NCBI GenBank assembly: GCA_049472355.1 | Contig: JBLIRP010000021.1 | Location: forward strand, 1-44,491 | Source of the DNA: a bacterium | GTDB taxonomy: Bacteria > SZUA-182 > DTGQ01 > JAFGSM01 | Reading direction: 5' to 3' | Length of the DNA: 44,491 bases | Shown: positions 9,507 through 21,096 of the stretch, piece by piece | Layout of the letters: the number at the start of each line of letters is the position of its first letter | Numbering within the stretch: position 1 is the first letter of the stretch | Made by a program: the position numbers and the translations under genes | Notes under the pieces: model-generated | What the model was told of the DNA's origin: nothing | Seen by the model: the letters and a program-made list of their open reading frames with translations, nothing else | Databases searched by the model: none

Positions 9507-9715
9507 GCTCCGCTGCGCTCCGCCCTGGCAAGTTTGGGTGATGAGTTTGTGACCCTTGCGGGGGATTGCAGAGGGCAGCATAGAGCGTCGCTGCGCTACG
9601 CCCTGGCAATCATGTTAGATGTTAGTTTGAGACCTTTGAGGATGATTGCGGAGGGCAGCATAGAGGCTCCGCTGCGCTCCGCCCTGGCAAGCTTGGTTGC
9701 TCCGCCCTGGCAAGC
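9507..9715. repeat. Degenerate ~80-bp tandem palindromic (REP-like) repeat cluster between convergent genes
   Basis: CGCTGCGCT(C/A)CGCCCTGGCAA at 9511, 9589 and 9670, partial copy at 9699; GATTGC(A/G)GAGGGCAGCATAGAG twice; TTGC..AGGGC pairs with GCCCT..GCAA. Confidence 0.85.
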
Positions 9716-10765
9716 TTAGAGAATCGTTACCTTTGCCTCCATCACCCGGTGACCGGTCAGTATCTCCGCAATCTGGACCGCATTGAGTGCTGCGCCCTTG
9801 CGGAGGTTGTCCGACACGACCCACAGGTTGAGGCCATGGGCGACCGATTCATCCCTGCGGATGCGGCCGACGAATACCGGGTCCTCTCCGGCGGCGTCAA
9901 TGGGAAGCGGATAGATATTCTGTCGGGGATCATCCACCACCACGACCCCTGGGCTCTTTTTCAGGATTTCCCTGCATTCATCGGGTGAAAGATCGCGCTC
10001 GAGTTCCACGTTCACCGCCTCGGAATGCCCGATGAAGACCGGAACCCGCACCGTGGTCGCCGTGATCCGGATGGTGTCGTCCCCCATGATCTTCCTGGTT
10101 TCGTTCACCATCTTCATCTCTTCCTTGGTATACCCGTTCTCCAGGAATATATCGATATGGGGGAGGCAATTGAAGGCGATCTGGTGGGGATAGACCGAGG
10201 GCCGGATGTCCTCTTTTTGGAAATTCAACAGCATTCTGCTCTGGTCGAGGAGCTCGTCCATGGCCTCCTTGCCCGTGCCGGAGACCGCCTGATAGGTTGA
10301 CACCACGATCCGCTTGATCCTCGCACGGTCATGGATCGGCTTGAGCGCAACCACCATCTGGATGGTGGAGCAGTTCGGATTGGCAATGATCCCCTTGTGC
10401 CGTTGGATGTCATTCGGGTTGACCTCGGGCACAACCAGCGGCACCTCCGGGTCCATGCGAAAGGCGCTGCTGTTGTCCACGACCACGGTCCCCGCCGTGA
10501 CCGCATGGGGGGCGAATTCGAGGCTCACATCCCCCCCCGCGGAGAACAGGGCAATATCGACGCCCTCAAATGAATCCCTTTTCAGCTCCTTGACAATGAG
10601 GGATCGGTTATGGAAAGAGACCTCCGTTCCCGCAGTCCGATACGACGCCAGGGGTACGAGCGCGCTCACCGGGAATTCCCTTTCTTCGAGGACCGCGATC
10701 ATCTCCTTGCCGACAGCCCCCGTGGCACCGACAACGGCAACCCGATATCGTTCCTTCTTCTGCAT
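9716..10765 (-). CDS. asd: Aspartate-semialdehyde dehydrogenase
   Basis: VVGATGAVG, DNSSAFRM, IANPNCST, STYQAVSG, DNLRKGAALNAVQIAE. Confidence 0.97.
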   Translation of the reverse strand: MQKKERYRVAVVGATGAVGKEMIAVLEEREFPVSALVPLASYRTAGTEVSFHNRSLIVKELKRDSFEGVDIALFSAGGDVSLEFAPHAVTAGTVVVDNSSAFRMDPEVPLVVPEVNPNDIQRHKGIIANPNCSTIQMVVALKPIHDRARIKRIVVSTYQAVSGTGKEAMDELLDQSRMLLNFQKEDIRPSVYPHQIAFNCLPHIDIFLENGYTKEEMKMVNETRKIMGDDTIRITATTVRVPVFIGHSEAVNVELERDLSPDECREILKKSPGVVVVDDPRQNIYPLPIDAAGEDPVFVGRIRRDESVAHGLNLWVVSDNLRKGAALNAVQIAEILTGHRVMEAKVTIL

Positions 10766-10775
10766 CCGTTCTACC

Positions 10776-11849
10776 TCACTTTGTTGTGCGGGATGGCCGG
10801 CGCACCAGGTCCGCTACCATGTCCCCGATCTCATGGGTTTTGAATCCGCTCTTCGCGGACAGGTCCTTTATCTTGCCGCTTCCGAGCAGGCTGATGATGG
10901 CCTGCTCGATCAGACGGCTGCCTTCCTGTTCCTTCAGGTGTTCCAGCATCATCTGTGCTGCCGAGATGGTTGCCAAAGGATTGGCTACCCCCTTTCCCGC
11001 ATATTTGGGGGCGGAGCCATGGATCGGCTCGAACATGGAGACCCCCTCCGGATTGATGTTTCCGGAGGCGGCAATGCCCAGGCCGCCCTGGATCATCGCC
11101 CCGAGATCGGTGATGATATCCCCGAACATGTTGCACACCACGATCACGTCGAACCACTCAGGATTTTTCACCATCCACATGCAGGTTGCATCCACATACG
11201 CATGATCCATCCGGATGTCGCCGTATTCCGCCCCTACCTCCTTGAACACCCGCTGCCAGAGATCATGGGCATAGGTGAGCACGTTGGACTTGTCGCAGAG
11301 GGTCAGCTTTTTCTCCCTGTTTCGTGTGCGGGTCAGGTCAAAGGCATACCGGACGCAGCGCTCAACGCCCTTTCGGGTGTTGATCATCTCCTGCATGGCC
11401 ACCTCGTCTTTGGTTCCCTTTTTGAAGAATCCGCCAATGCCCACATAGAGCCCTTCGGTGTTCTCGCGCACCACCACGAAATCGATCTCGTCCGGGCCCT
11501 TGTCCTTGAGGGGGGTCCATACCCCTGGATAGAGTTTGATCGGTCTCAGGTTGATATACTGGTCGAGCTCGAAACGGAGGCGCAGGAGCAGGCCCTTCTC
11601 CAGGATGCCGGCCTGTACGCCTGGATGACCGACTGCGCCCAGATAGATGGCATCCATGTCCCGGAGCTCCGTCATGGCCGAGTCAGGGATGACTTCGCCG
11701 GTCTTCAGGTACCGGTCCCCGCCAAAGTCGAAGTGATGCGCCTTGAATGAAAATCCAGCAGCCTCGGACGCCGCCTGGAGCACCTTGAGCCCTTCCTGGA
11801 TGATCTCCGGGCCGATACCATCCCCGGGGATAACTGCGATGTTATACAT
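10776..11849 (-). CDS. leuB: 3-isopropylmalate dehydrogenase
   Basis: PGDGIGPE, VVRENTEGLY, NMFGDIITD, FEPIHGSAP; leu operon context. Confidence 0.92.
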   Translation of the reverse strand: MYNIAVIPGDGIGPEIIQEGLKVLQAASEAAGFSFKAHHFDFGGDRYLKTGEVIPDSAMTELRDMDAIYLGAVGHPGVQAGILEKGLLLRLRFELDQYINLRPIKLYPGVWTPLKDKGPDEIDFVVVRENTEGLYVGIGGFFKKGTKDEVAMQEMINTRKGVERCVRYAFDLTRTRNREKKLTLCDKSNVLTYAHDLWQRVFKEVGAEYGDIRMDHAYVDATCMWMVKNPEWFDVIVVCNMFGDIITDLGAMIQGGLGIAASGNINPEGVSMFEPIHGSAPKYAGKGVANPLATISAAQMMLEHLKEQEGSRLIEQAIISLLGSGKIKDLSAKSGFKTHEIGDMVADLVRRPSRTTK

Positions 11850-11855
11850 GATCCG

Positions 11856-12287
11856 CTATTCTCCTTCGTTCGTTGTCGTTTTCCCGTGTTCTTCACAACA
11901 GTTCTTGTACTTTTTTCCGCTCCCGCACGGGCAGGGGGCGTCCCGATCGAGCATCGGCGAGCTTCCCATGACGATGATCTTCCCCTTCCTCGATTTTGTC
12001 CGGGCGCGTTTGGATTCCGTTTTGCCCCTGTTCTCCGCCCACTCCTCGTCGTCCCAGTACATGTAATCCTCTTCCATCACCCGCATCATATCCTCGACCT
12101 TCTGGTTGATCATCAGCAGGGGAAAGAGGATAAGGAGGCAGCAAAAGGGTGCCATGAGCAGCATTGCCGTCTGGAAGGGGGTGAGGGGAAGAAAGAGACT
12201 GATCAGGATGCCCATCCCCGCGAACGCCAAGGTCACCACAATACAGGACAGGATTGCGACGAAACAGAGCACGCCTATGTTCTTCAT
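11856..12287 (-). CDS. Small membrane protein with C-terminal SEC-C metal-binding motif
   Basis: Two N-terminal hydrophobic segments; CPCGSGKKYKNCC; overlaps the leuD stop (ATGA). Confidence 0.8.
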   Translation of the reverse strand: MKNIGVLCFVAILSCIVVTLAFAGMGILISLFLPLTPFQTAMLLMAPFCCLLILFPLLMINQKVEDMMRVMEEDYMYWDDEEWAENRGKTESKRARTKSRKGKIIVMGSSPMLDRDAPCPCGSGKKYKNCCEEHGKTTTNEGE

Positions 12288-12793
12288 GAAATCACTCCTT
12301 TGATATAATTCATCAATCCCCCGCTCTCAATCAATTCCTTCATAAACGGTGGATAGGGGACGATGGTGTATTCTTCATTCCGGGTACGATTGATTATTTT
12401 TCCTTTCTCCACATGAACCTCCAGGGCATCGCCGGTGCGTATCCGTGCCGATGCCGGTTCGGACTCGATAATGGGCAGGCCGATGTTGATCGCATTGCGG
12501 AAAAAGATCCGGGCAAAGCTTGCCGCAATGACGCACCCGACCTTGGCTGCCTTGATGCACAGGGGGGCATGCTCCCGGGAAGAGCCGCACCCGAAGTTTG
12601 TTCCTCCCACCAGGATATCGCCGGGCTTGGCCCGGGAGGCAAACCCGGGGTCCAGGTCCTCGAGACAGTGGCGGGCCAGCTCGATGGGATCGGTGGTGTT
12701 CAGATAGCGTGCGGGGATGATTTCATCGGTATTTACGTTGTCGCCGTATCTCCATGCAGTTCCCCTGATGATGCTGATGTCAACCATTGCCAT
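12284..12793 (-). CDS. leuD: 3-isopropylmalate dehydratase small subunit
   Basis: [42 protein letters not shown]. Confidence 0.95.
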   Translation of the reverse strand: MAMVDISIIRGTAWRYGDNVNTDEIIPARYLNTTDPIELARHCLEDLDPGFASRAKPGDILVGGTNFGCGSSREHAPLCIKAAKVGCVIAASFARIFFRNAINIGLPIIESEPASARIRTGDALEVHVEKGKIINRTRNEEYTIVPYPPFMKELIESGGLMNYIKGVIS

Positions 12794-14057
12794 GAATCTC
12801 CTCCGGCCCGCCTATCCTGCCGAGAATGGCGGAGGCGGCCGCCACTGCCGGGTTCGCCAGGTAGACCTCGCTCTTTGGATGCCCCATTCGTCCGACAAAA
12901 TTCCGGTTGGTGGTGGCGATGGCCCGTTCCCCTTCAGCCAGTACCCCCATATGTCCGCCGAGGCAGGGACCGCACGTGGGAGTGGAGATGACTGCGCCTG
13001 CATCCAGAAAAACGGCCAGAAGCCCTTCCTCCATGGCCTGCTTGTATATCGCCTGGGTTGCGGGAATGACGATGAGGCGCACCCCGGGGTGGACCCGTTC
13101 CCCCTTGAGCACCCGGGCGGCGATCCTCATGTCTTCGATCCTCCCGTTGGTGCAGGAGCCGATCACCGACTGGTCGATCACCACCGTTCCCACCTCGCTG
13201 ATGGGCCTCGTATTCGAGGGCAGATGGGGGAATGCCACCTGGGGCTCCAGGTCATCCACGTTCCACTCGTAGACCTCCCTGCAGGGGGCGTCCTGATCGC
13301 CGTATACGGGCTCGAAGGGCCGAACCCCCCGTTCCCTGCAATAATCGATGGCCTTCCGGTCCGGCGCGATGATGCCGTTCTTGGCCCCCGCCTCTATGGC
13401 CATGTTGCATATGGTGAATCTATCGTCCATGGGGAGCCCGTCGATGACCGGTCCGGTGAATTCCATGCTCATGTACCGGGCGCCGTCCACACCGATCCTG
13501 CCGATGGTATACAGAATGAGGTCCTTGCCGCCCACCCATGGCCTGAGTTTCCCGGTATAGACAAATCTGAGGGTGTCGGGAACCTTGAACCAGATCTCCC
13601 CGGTGATCATTGCTGCCGCAAGGTCCGTGCTGCCCACGCCCGTGGCGAACGCCCCTACCGCACCATACGTGCAGGTATGGGAATCCGCCCCTATGATAAG
13701 CTCCCCGGGCAGAATGAGCCCCTGCTCCGGGATCAGGGCATGTTCGATCCCCATCTGTCCCACCTCGAAATAGTACCGTAGAGTATGTGTGCGGGCAAAC
13801 TCCCTGACCTGGCGGGCAAGCTGCGCGGACTTGATGTCCTTGTTCGGGGTGGAATGATCGGGCACCAGGTAGATCCTCTCCGGGTCGAACACCCGGGTTG
13901 CCCCAATACGTTCGAACTCGTTGATCGCAAGGGGCGCGGTGATGTCGTTTCCCAGGCAGCAATCGATTCGCGGCTTGATGAACTCCCCTGGTCGGACGAA
14001 TTCCCTGCCCGCATGGCGGGCGAGAATCCTTTGGCTTATGGTCATGGCGGTGGACAT
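12780..14057 (-). CDS. leuC: 3-isopropylmalate dehydratase large subunit
   Basis: [38 protein letters not shown]. Confidence 0.95.
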   Translation of the reverse strand: MSTAMTISQRILARHAGREFVRPGEFIKPRIDCCLGNDITAPLAINEFERIGATRVFDPERIYLVPDHSTPNKDIKSAQLARQVREFARTHTLRYYFEVGQMGIEHALIPEQGLILPGELIIGADSHTCTYGAVGAFATGVGSTDLAAAMITGEIWFKVPDTLRFVYTGKLRPWVGGKDLILYTIGRIGVDGARYMSMEFTGPVIDGLPMDDRFTICNMAIEAGAKNGIIAPDRKAIDYCRERGVRPFEPVYGDQDAPCREVYEWNVDDLEPQVAFPHLPSNTRPISEVGTVVIDQSVIGSCTNGRIEDMRIAARVLKGERVHPGVRLIVIPATQAIYKQAMEEGLLAVFLDAGAVISTPTCGPCLGGHMGVLAEGERAIATTNRNFVGRMGHPKSEVYLANPAVAAASAILGRIGGPEEIHGNG

Positions 14058-14078
14058 CGTTTCGGTTCCTTGAAGGAT

Positions 14079-15623
14079 TCAGAGGGATGGGGCGTTTTTC
14101 GCGCCCTTCTTCTCGTTGCGGAAGACCGCCTTGTTGATTGCATTAAGGTATGCCTTTGCGCTCGCCACGATGACGTCGGTCGACACGCCTCTTCCCGTGA
14201 GGACCTGATCACCGATCCGCACCGCGACATTGACCTCACCCATGGCGTCCTTCCCTCCTGCCACTGCATTGATGGAATAGGACGCGAGGGTTCCCGTCAT
14301 ATTCGTCAGACGGTCGATGGTCTTATATGTCGCATCCACCGGGCCGTCGCCGCAGGCGGAGTCCTGGAGGATCTCCCCGTTTCGTTTCAGCTTTATGGTC
14401 GCCGTGGGGATGGTGTGGTCACCACTGGAAATATGGATATAATCCAGGGCGAAGATCTCCGGAATGGCGTGGATTTCGTCCTCCACCAGGGCCTGGAGCT
14501 CCTCGTCGAACACCTCTTTCTTCTTGTCCGCCAGCTCCTTGAATCGCTGAAAGGCCTTGTTCAGCTCATCCGGGGAGAGATCATAGCCCAGATCGGCAAG
14601 CCGCGCCGAGAAGGCATGCCGTCCGGAATGCTTTCCCAGGACCATCCGGCTCTGCTTCAATCCGATCGACTCGGGGGTCATGATCTCGTAGGTGGTCTTT
14701 TCCTTGAGCACCCCGTCCTGGTGTATCCCGGATTCATGGGCAAAGGCGTTTTCGCCCACGATGGCCTTGTTCCTCTGCACCGCGATCCCGGTGAGGTGGC
14801 TTACCATCCTGCTGGTCTTGTATATCTCCTCGGTGCGGATATCGGTGTAGTTGCTGAAGTGGTCCTGCCTGGTCCGGATGGCCATGACGATCTCTTCCAG
14901 GGCCGCGTTTCCCGCCCGCTCCCCCAGGCCGTTCATGGTGCACTCCACCTGCCGCACGCCGTTTTCAACCGCGGCGAGTGAATTGGCCACGGCGAGTCCC
15001 AGGTCGTTGTGGCAATGGCAGCTCAGGATCGCCTTGTCAACGTTGGGCACCCGCTCACGGATCAGCCTGATCAGCCCTCCGAATTCGGCAGGGGTGGCAT
15101 ATCCCACCGTATCCGGGATATTGATGGTGGAGGCTCCGGCATCGATGGCCAGTTCAACGATCCGGCACAGGAAGTCGCGGTCGGATCGAAAGGCATCCTC
15201 CGCGGAAAACTCCACGTCAGGGCACAGGGAGCGCGCGAAGCTTACCGCATCCCTGGCCATGGCCAGCACCTCATCCCGTTCCTTTTTGAGCTTGTATTTC
15301 ATATGGATGTCCGAGGTGGCGATAAAGGTATGGATACGCGGCCGCCGGGCATGCTGCACCGCCTCCCATGCCCGCTCGATGTCCTCCCGCGTGGACCGGG
15401 CAAGCCCTGCCACGGCAGGCCCCTCCACCTCCCGGGCGACCCGTTTGACCGCCTCGAAGTCACCCGGTGAGGCAATGGGAAAGCCCGCCTCTATCACGTC
15501 CACATTGAGTTTTGCCAGTTGTCGTGCTATCTGCAGCTTTTCGGTTATATTCAGACTCGCCCCGGGAGACTGTTCGCCGTCCCTGAGGGTCGTATCAAAG
15601 ATGATGATTCTGTCTCTGCTCAC
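14079..15623 (-). CDS. leuA: 2-isopropylmalate synthase
   Basis: [45 protein letters not shown] start at 15623 with AAGGAG RBS preferred over the ORF-track start 15734. Confidence 0.96.
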   Translation of the reverse strand: MSRDRIIIFDTTLRDGEQSPGASLNITEKLQIARQLAKLNVDVIEAGFPIASPGDFEAVKRVAREVEGPAVAGLARSTREDIERAWEAVQHARRPRIHTFIATSDIHMKYKLKKERDEVLAMARDAVSFARSLCPDVEFSAEDAFRSDRDFLCRIVELAIDAGASTINIPDTVGYATPAEFGGLIRLIRERVPNVDKAILSCHCHNDLGLAVANSLAAVENGVRQVECTMNGLGERAGNAALEEIVMAIRTRQDHFSNYTDIRTEEIYKTSRMVSHLTGIAVQRNKAIVGENAFAHESGIHQDGVLKEKTTYEIMTPESIGLKQSRMVLGKHSGRHAFSARLADLGYDLSPDELNKAFQRFKELADKKKEVFDEELQALVEDEIHAIPEIFALDYIHISSGDHTIPTATIKLKRNGEILQDSACGDGPVDATYKTIDRLTNMTGTLASYSINAVAGGKDAMGEVNVAVRIGDQVLTGRGVSTDVIVASAKAYLNAINKAVFRNEKKGAKNAPSL

Positions 15624-16377
15624 CTTCTTCTCCTTTCGGGATCCTTGATCGGTATCGTTTCGCCACTGCATGAGGATGGAGATCCTTCGCTTGCACCAGG
15701 AGTATCTCCGCCGGCCCGGAGAGGACGTAGCCAAAAAAGATGAGGAAAAACATCACCCGGGGCTCGGCAGCCACCACGAGGAGCAGCAACATGATCATGA
15801 CCAGGGCGTGAAAGGGCCTTTTTTGTTTCAGATTGATCTGCTTCAGGCTTCGATACCGGATGGTGCTCACCATAAGGAAGGCGAGCACGTAAGCAAGCCC
15901 TGCGATCACAACGGGCTTGAGATTCTGGGGCACCGTGAGCAGTTGACTGAGTATGATAAAGGATGCCAGTGTCCCGGCCGCTGCGGGGATGGGGAGTCCG
16001 GTGAAGCTCTTGCTCTCCGACGTGGTCACCTGACAGTTGAACCGCGCCAGCCTCAATGCCCCGCATACCACGAAGAGAAACGAGGCAAGCCAGCCGATCC
16101 GGCCGAAGGGCCTCAGTGCCCACATATAGATCAGAACACCCGGCGCCATGCCGAAGGAGATCAGGTCGGCAAGCGAATCGAATTCAACGCCGAACCTGGT
16201 ACAGGAATTGGTAAGCCGCGCCACCCTTCCGTCCAGGGCATCGAAGATGCCCGCCACCATGATGGCGATGGATGCAGCCTGAAAATGCAGATTCACCGCG
16301 GAGATGATCGCATAGAATCCGCAAAAGATGTTGCCCAGGGTAAAGATGCTGGGGAGTATATAAATTCCCTTTTTCAT
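15595..16377 (-). CDS. pssA: CDP-diacylglycerol--serine O-phosphatidyltransferase
   Basis: DALDGRVAR...[12 protein letters not shown]-alcohol motif, LRLARFN, FTGLPIP; next to psd; start at MKKGIYILP. Confidence 0.93.
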   Translation of the reverse strand: MKKGIYILPSIFTLGNIFCGFYAIISAVNLHFQAASIAIMVAGIFDALDGRVARLTNSCTRFGVEFDSLADLISFGMAPGVLIYMWALRPFGRIGWLASFLFVVCGALRLARFNCQVTTSESKSFTGLPIPAAAGTLASFIILSQLLTVPQNLKPVVIAGLAYVLAFLMVSTIRYRSLKQINLKQKRPFHALVMIMLLLLVVAAEPRVMFFLIFFGYVLSGPAEILLVQAKDLHPHAVAKRYRSRIPKGEEGEQRQNHHL

Positions 16378-16516
16378 TGTCTCTTTGTTCTTAATCGGTT
16401 TCACTCCACTGCACAATGGCTGGCGCTCTGACCCGGTATACATTCTTTATCGGTCATCCGACGAATACGCATATAGTCGGTGTGCACCGCCAGTCCGTTA
16501 TGGTATTTCATGAAAA

Positions 16517-16545
16517 ATTATAGGGCAAAGGGAGCTAAAAAGCAA
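16517..16545 (-). promoter_or_regulatory. Internal sigma70-type promoter upstream of pssA-leuA
   Basis: Minus strand TTGCTT-17 nt-TATAAT. Confidence 0.65.
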
Positions 16546-16552
16546 ATGATTA

Positions 16553-16680
16553 GGACCTGATCCGGGCAATGTAATCGTGATAGAGCATCCGCATTTTCGT
16601 GAGCAGACACTATGTCCGCTCGCGCTCCACGGATTAGGATTCAAAATTCGAGTTGCCGGACCTGATCCGGGCAATGGAAT
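16553..16680. repeat. 23-bp (one mismatch) direct repeat duplicating the 3' end of psd
   Basis: GGACCTGATCCGGGCAATG(T/G)AAT at 16553-16575 and 16658-16680, 105 bp apart. Confidence 0.9.
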
Positions 16681-17290
16681 GCAGCCCTGCCTTGACCTTC
16701 TGGCCCGGCGCCACCAGGACCTCTGCCGAGGAGGGGATGACGACGTCAACCCGTGAACCAAACTTGATCAAGCCGAACCGGCTGCCCTGGGTGACGGCAT
16801 CCCCGCAGGTGACCCGGCAGACTATCCTCCGGGCGATGAGCCCGGCGATCTGGCGCACACCGATATCCATGCCGCTGCCCCGGATATGGATGGTGTTTTG
16901 CTCATTCAGGAGCGAGGCCTTTTCCCTGAAGGCAGGCAGAAATTTTCCGGGATTGTAAAGGCAGGTACTCACCGTGCCAGAAAGGGGGACTCGGTTGACA
17001 TGGCAGTTGAACACGGACATAAAGATACTGACCTGCTGTGAAGGGCTTGCCCCCTGCCCGGACACCGGGATGATCTGAAGGACGCGTCCGTCCGCAGGGG
17101 CCAGGATCAGGTGGTCGTCCTTCAGTGTTGTTCGCTCCGGGTCGCGGAAAAAGGCGGCCACGCACAGCGTGACCGCTGCGAAAAGAAGGGCGGGGATCAT
17201 GGCCCCGAGCATGATGCATATAAACGAGAGAAGCAGCCCGGGGAGGATGAACGGCCATCCCTCCCTGGCAATCGGTATCCTGACGCTCAT
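16634..17290 (-). CDS. psd: Phosphatidylserine decarboxylase proenzyme
   Basis: FFRDPER, APADGRV, SIFMSVFNCHVNR, QIAGLIARRI, FGSRVD cleavage motif. Confidence 0.95.
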   Translation of the reverse strand: MSVRIPIAREGWPFILPGLLLSFICIMLGAMIPALLFAAVTLCVAAFFRDPERTTLKDDHLILAPADGRVLQIIPVSGQGASPSQQVSIFMSVFNCHVNRVPLSGTVSTCLYNPGKFLPAFREKASLLNEQNTIHIRGSGMDIGVRQIAGLIARRIVCRVTCGDAVTQGSRFGLIKFGSRVDVVIPSSAEVLVAPGQKVKAGLHSIARIRSGNSNFES

Positions 17291-17309
17291 AGGAATAACC
17301 CTGTGCGGC

Positions 17310-18302
17310 TCATTTCTTCAGCCAGCTCATCATTCCCCGCAGCTTGCTACCGACCCGCTCGATGAGGTGCTCGGACTCCTTCTTCCGCAGGGCATTGAAA
17401 ACCGGCCTTCCCGCCTTGTTTTCCAGTATCCATTCCCGTGCGAATTCCCCGCTCTGGATCTCCTGGAGGATATACTGCATCTCCTCGCGCGTCTCCTCGG
17501 AGATGATCCTTTTTCCCCTGGTAAGGTCGCCGTATTCCGCGGTATCACTGATTGAATAGCGCATGCCGGTGATACCGTGCTCGTTGATCAAATCCACGAT
17601 CAGCTTTACCTCGTGGAGGCACTCGAAGTAGGCGACCTCCGGTTGATACCCCGCTTCAACCAGGGTTTCGAAGCCAGCCCGGATCAATTCGGTGAGCCCC
17701 CCGCACAGGACCACCTGCTCGCCGAAGAGATCGGTTTCCGTCTCCTCCTCAAAGGTGGTTTCCAGCACGCCCGCCCTGGTGGCGCCGATGCCCTTTGCGT
17801 GGGCGAGGGCCATATCCTTGGCCTTGCCCGTGTAATCCTGATACACGGCAATGAGGGAAGGAACGCCCTGCCCCTGCTGATATACCCTTCGGACGAGATG
17901 CCCCGGTCCCTTCGGGGCTACCATGTACACATCCACCTCTGCAGGAGGAATGATCTGGGAGAAATGGATATTGAATCCGTGGGAAAAGACCAGGGCGTTT
18001 CCCGGCTTCAGGTGCTCCTTGATCTGTGTTTCGTAGACCTGTGGTTGAAACTGGTCGGGCACGAGGATCTGGATAATGTCCGCCTTTTTGCATGCATCAG
18101 GGGTCTGCATGATGGTCATTTTGTCCTTTTCCGCCTGCTGCCAGTTGGCGCTGCCGGGCAGGTCGCTGACAACGACGTTGATCCCGCTGTCCTTGAGATT
18201 CTGTGACTGGGCGTGCCCTTGGCTCCCATAGCCGATCACGGCAATCGTCTTGTCCTTGAGAATGCCCAGATCCGCATCCTTATCGTAATACATCGTGGTC
18301 AT
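17310..18302 (-). CDS. ilvC: Ketol-acid reductoisomerase
   Basis: [55 protein letters not shown]. Confidence 0.98.
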   Translation of the reverse strand: MTTMYYDKDADLGILKDKTIAVIGYGSQGHAQSQNLKDSGINVVVSDLPGSANWQQAEKDKMTIMQTPDACKKADIIQILVPDQFQPQVYETQIKEHLKPGNALVFSHGFNIHFSQIIPPAEVDVYMVAPKGPGHLVRRVYQQGQGVPSLIAVYQDYTGKAKDMALAHAKGIGATRAGVLETTFEEETETDLFGEQVVLCGGLTELIRAGFETLVEAGYQPEVAYFECLHEVKLIVDLINEHGITGMRYSISDTAEYGDLTRGKRIISEETREEMQYILQEIQSGEFAREWILENKAGRPVFNALRKKESEHLIERVGSKLRGMMSWLKK

Positions 18303-18435
18303 AATCCAATCTCCTGAACATGGTGGTTTATTCGATGAACATTATGTTAATAGCAACTTTTCAATATATTATGCGAGAATGGGAACGGGCGTCCCCCCTT
18401 TCCGCACGAGTGGGCAAGTTTTTGTAACGATATCC

Positions 18436-18915
18436 CTATTTCTTTCCCCTGGTCATGGCGACCTTGCCGGTGCGGGCGATTTCGATGATCCCGAACGGTT
18501 TGAGCAGGCCTATGAGGGCCTCGATTTTGTCCTGCACCCCGGTCACCTCGAGGGTGAGGCTCTTTTGTGATACATCCACGATCTTTCCCCGGAAGATATC
18601 GCAGATCCTCAGGATTTCGGCCCTGTTCTGTGAGTCGGCGAACACCTTCAGCAGGACCATCTCCCGCTCCACGTATTCCGCATCCGAAAGATCGCTCACC
18701 TTTATGACGTCGATCAGCCTGCGGAGCTGTTTTATCACCTGTTCAACGATCTGATCGTCCCCTGTCGTGACGAGCGTCATCCTTGATATTGAGGGATCGA
18801 TCGTTTCGCCGACCGAAAGGCTGTCGATATTGAATCCGCGGGCACTGAAGAGCCCGGCTATCCGGGCCAGGACCCCGAACTTGTTTTCGACCATTACCGT
18901 TATCGTATGGCGCAC
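18436..18915 (-). CDS. ilvN: Acetolactate synthase small (regulatory) subunit, copy 2
   Basis: [27 protein letters not shown] domain; EIARTG. Confidence 0.94.
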   Translation of the reverse strand: MRHTITVMVENKFGVLARIAGLFSARGFNIDSLSVGETIDPSISRMTLVTTGDDQIVEQVIKQLRRLIDVIKVSDLSDAEYVEREMVLLKVFADSQNRAEILRICDIFRGKIVDVSQKSLTLEVTGVQDKIEALIGLLKPFGIIEIARTGKVAMTRGKK

Positions 18916-18928
18916 TACTCGATTCTCC

Positions 18929-19411
18929 TCAGCCCAAACTCCTCAACCCGAGGGCGATGAGCCCCGTTCTGGCCATCTCGTCGATGCCGAACGGATTCAA
19001 CAGGTTGACAATGTTGTTGATGACCCGCTCCTCCCCTGCAATCTCAATGGTGATGGTCTCCTCCGACATATCCACCACCTTGGCGCCGAATACCTCGGCG
19101 ATTTCGATGATCTCGTGGCGCGTCTGCGGTGTCGACATCACCGTGATGATGGCAAGCTCCCTCGTCACGGCCCGTCCGAACTTGAGGTCCGCGACACTGA
19201 TGACGTCGACCAGCTTCTGAAGCTGCTTCCTCACCTGCTCCAGCACATACTCGTCACCGCTCACCACGATCGTGATCCGTGAGACCGAGGGGTCCTCCGT
19301 CTCTCCCGCCACCAGGCTTTCAATATTGTATGAGCGCCTGGTAAACAGCCCGGCAACGTGAGAGAGTACGCCCGCGTGGTTTCTCACCAGTACGGAGAGG
19401 ATATGCCTCAT
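18929..19411 (-). CDS. ilvN: Acetolactate synthase small (regulatory) subunit, copy 1
   Basis: [30 protein letters not shown]. Confidence 0.93.
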   Translation of the reverse strand: MRHILSVLVRNHAGVLSHVAGLFTRRSYNIESLVAGETEDPSVSRITIVVSGDEYVLEQVRKQLQKLVDVISVADLKFGRAVTRELAIITVMSTPQTRHEIIEIAEVFGAKVVDMSEETITIEIAGEERVINNIVNLLNPFGIDEMARTGLIALGLRSLG

Positions 19412-21096
19412 GTCGTATCCCCCCTGTCGAGCATTTGATTGATGGCGCCACCGGGGGGGACCATGGGATACACATTTTCCTCGGGAGAGACATGGAAATC
19501 GATCACCACCGGCTTCTCGATTCCGATCGCCTCTTCTATGGCGGGCCGCACCTCCTCGGGTCTGGTCACCACAATCCCCTCCGCCCTGTATCCCTTGGCT
19601 ATGGCCACAAAGTCAGGATTTTCATCCAGGCATGTATGAGAGTAGCGGCGACCGAAGAAGATCTCCTGCCATTGACGGACCATCCCCAGAAACCCGTTGT
19701 TGAGTATGGCGATTTTGACGTTGATCTTGTTCTGCACGGCGGTTGCAAGCTCCTGGATGTTCATCTGAAAGCTCCCGTCCCCGGCGATGTCGAATACCAC
19801 CCTGTCGGGGCATCCCACCTTCGCCCCTATGGCAGCGGGAAATCCGAAGCCCATGGTGCCCAGTCCTCCGGAGGAGATAAAGGAACGGGGGTGCTTGGGA
19901 TGGTAGAACTGGGCGGCCCACATCTGGTTTTGCCCCACCTCGGTGGTGACGATCGCCTCCCCGCCGGTGATGTCGCATATCTGCTCGATGACATACTGCG
20001 GCTTGATCTCGCTGTCAGAGTGTTCGTAGCTCAGGGGGTATTCCCTCTTCCATTCCTCGATGCGGGTGAGCCATTCGGGATGTTCCCGGGGCTCCGTCAT
20101 GGTGCAGAGGTCGGCCAGGATCTCCCGTGCATTCCCTACGATGGGCATATGCACCTTCACGATCTTTCCGATCTCCGCGGGATCGATGTCGATGTGGATG
20201 ATGCGGGCGTGCGAGGCAAACCTCTTGACATCCCCGGTCACCCGGTCGTCAAAGCGTGCCCCCACGGCGATCAACAGGTCCGATTCGGTCACCGCATAGT
20301 TTGCATAGCGGGTGCCGTGCATTCCCAGCATACCGAGCGATAGGGCGTGCGATTCAGGGAAGGATCCCTTACCCATGAGGGTGGTGGTGACCGGTATGGA
20401 CGCCTTTTCCGCCAGTTCCCTGAGCGGTGCCTCCGCACCCGAGGAGATAGCGCCTCCCCCCACATAGAAAACCGGGCGTTTGGCATTCTTGATGGCCTCC
20501 GCAGCCAGCTTGAGATGCCGTTGATTCTCTTCCGCATATCGTTGCGAGGAGGGATTGGGATACGGCTCGCGGTTTGCCCGTTCATACCGCGTGGTTTCCT
20601 TCACCTGGACATCCTTGGGGAGATCCACCAGGATCGGCCCTGGACGGTCGCTGGTGGCGAGATGGAATGCCTCATCCAGGACATCCCTCAGGTTTTCCAC
20701 GTTTCTGACCAGGTAGTTGTACTTGGTGATCGGGATGGTGATGCCGTAAATGTCGGCCTCCTGGAAGCTGTCATTACCGATCATGGAGGTGGGTACCTGT
20801 CCGGTGAAGGCCACCAGGGGCACGGAATCCATGCATGCATTGGCAAGGCCCGTCACCAGGTTCGTTGCCCCCGGCCCGGAGGTGGCAATGCATACGCCGA
20901 CCTTGCCGGTGGCCCGGGCATACCCGTCCGCCGCATGCACGGCCCCCTGTTCATGCCTGGTGAGGATATGACGGATGGGGGATTGATAGAGCTGGTCATA
21001 GATGGGGAGCACCGCTCCCCCGGGGAAACCGAAAATCGTATCCACCCCGTGTTCGATCAGCGTATCCACGAATAACCTGGCGCCACTCTTTTTCAC
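19408..21096 (-). CDS. ilvB: Acetolactate synthase large subunit, copy 2
   Basis: [41 protein letters not shown] ThDP motif, LGMVRQWQ. Confidence 0.95.
   Translation of the reverse strand: MKKSGARLFVDTLIEHGVDTIFGFPGGAVLPIYDQLYQSPIRHILTRHEQGAVHAADGYARATGKVGVCIATSGPGATNLVTGLANACMDSVPLVAFTGQVPTSMIGNDSFQEADIYGITIPITKYNYLVRNVENLRDVLDEAFHLATSDRPGPILVDLPKDVQVKETTRYERANREPYPNPSSQRYAEENQRHLKLAAEAIKNAKRPVFYVGGGAISSGAEAPLRELAEKASIPVTTTLMGKGSFPESHALSLGMLGMHGTRYANYAVTESDLLIAVGARFDDRVTGDVKRFASHARIIHIDIDPAEIGKIVKVHMPIVGNAREILADLCTMTEPREHPEWLTRIEEWKREYPLSYEHSDSEIKPQYVIEQICDITGGEAIVTTEVGQNQMWAAQFYHPKHPRSFISSGGLGTMGFGFPAAIGAKVGCPDRVVFDIAGDGSFQMNIQELATAVQNKINVKIAILNNGFLGMVRQWQEIFFGRRYSHTCLDENPDFVAIAKGYRAEGIVVTRPEEVRPAIEEAIGIEKPVVIDFHVSPEENVYPMVPPGGAINQMLDRGDTT

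Noticed and set aside
9507..9715. Possible mini CRISPR array
   Set aside because: The intervening segments resemble each other rather than being unique spacers, the repeats are degenerate, and no cas genes are in the window.
15595..17290. psd-pssA inside the ilv/leu cluster as a novelty
   Set aside because: To my knowledge this linkage already occurs in deltaproteobacteria-type genomes.
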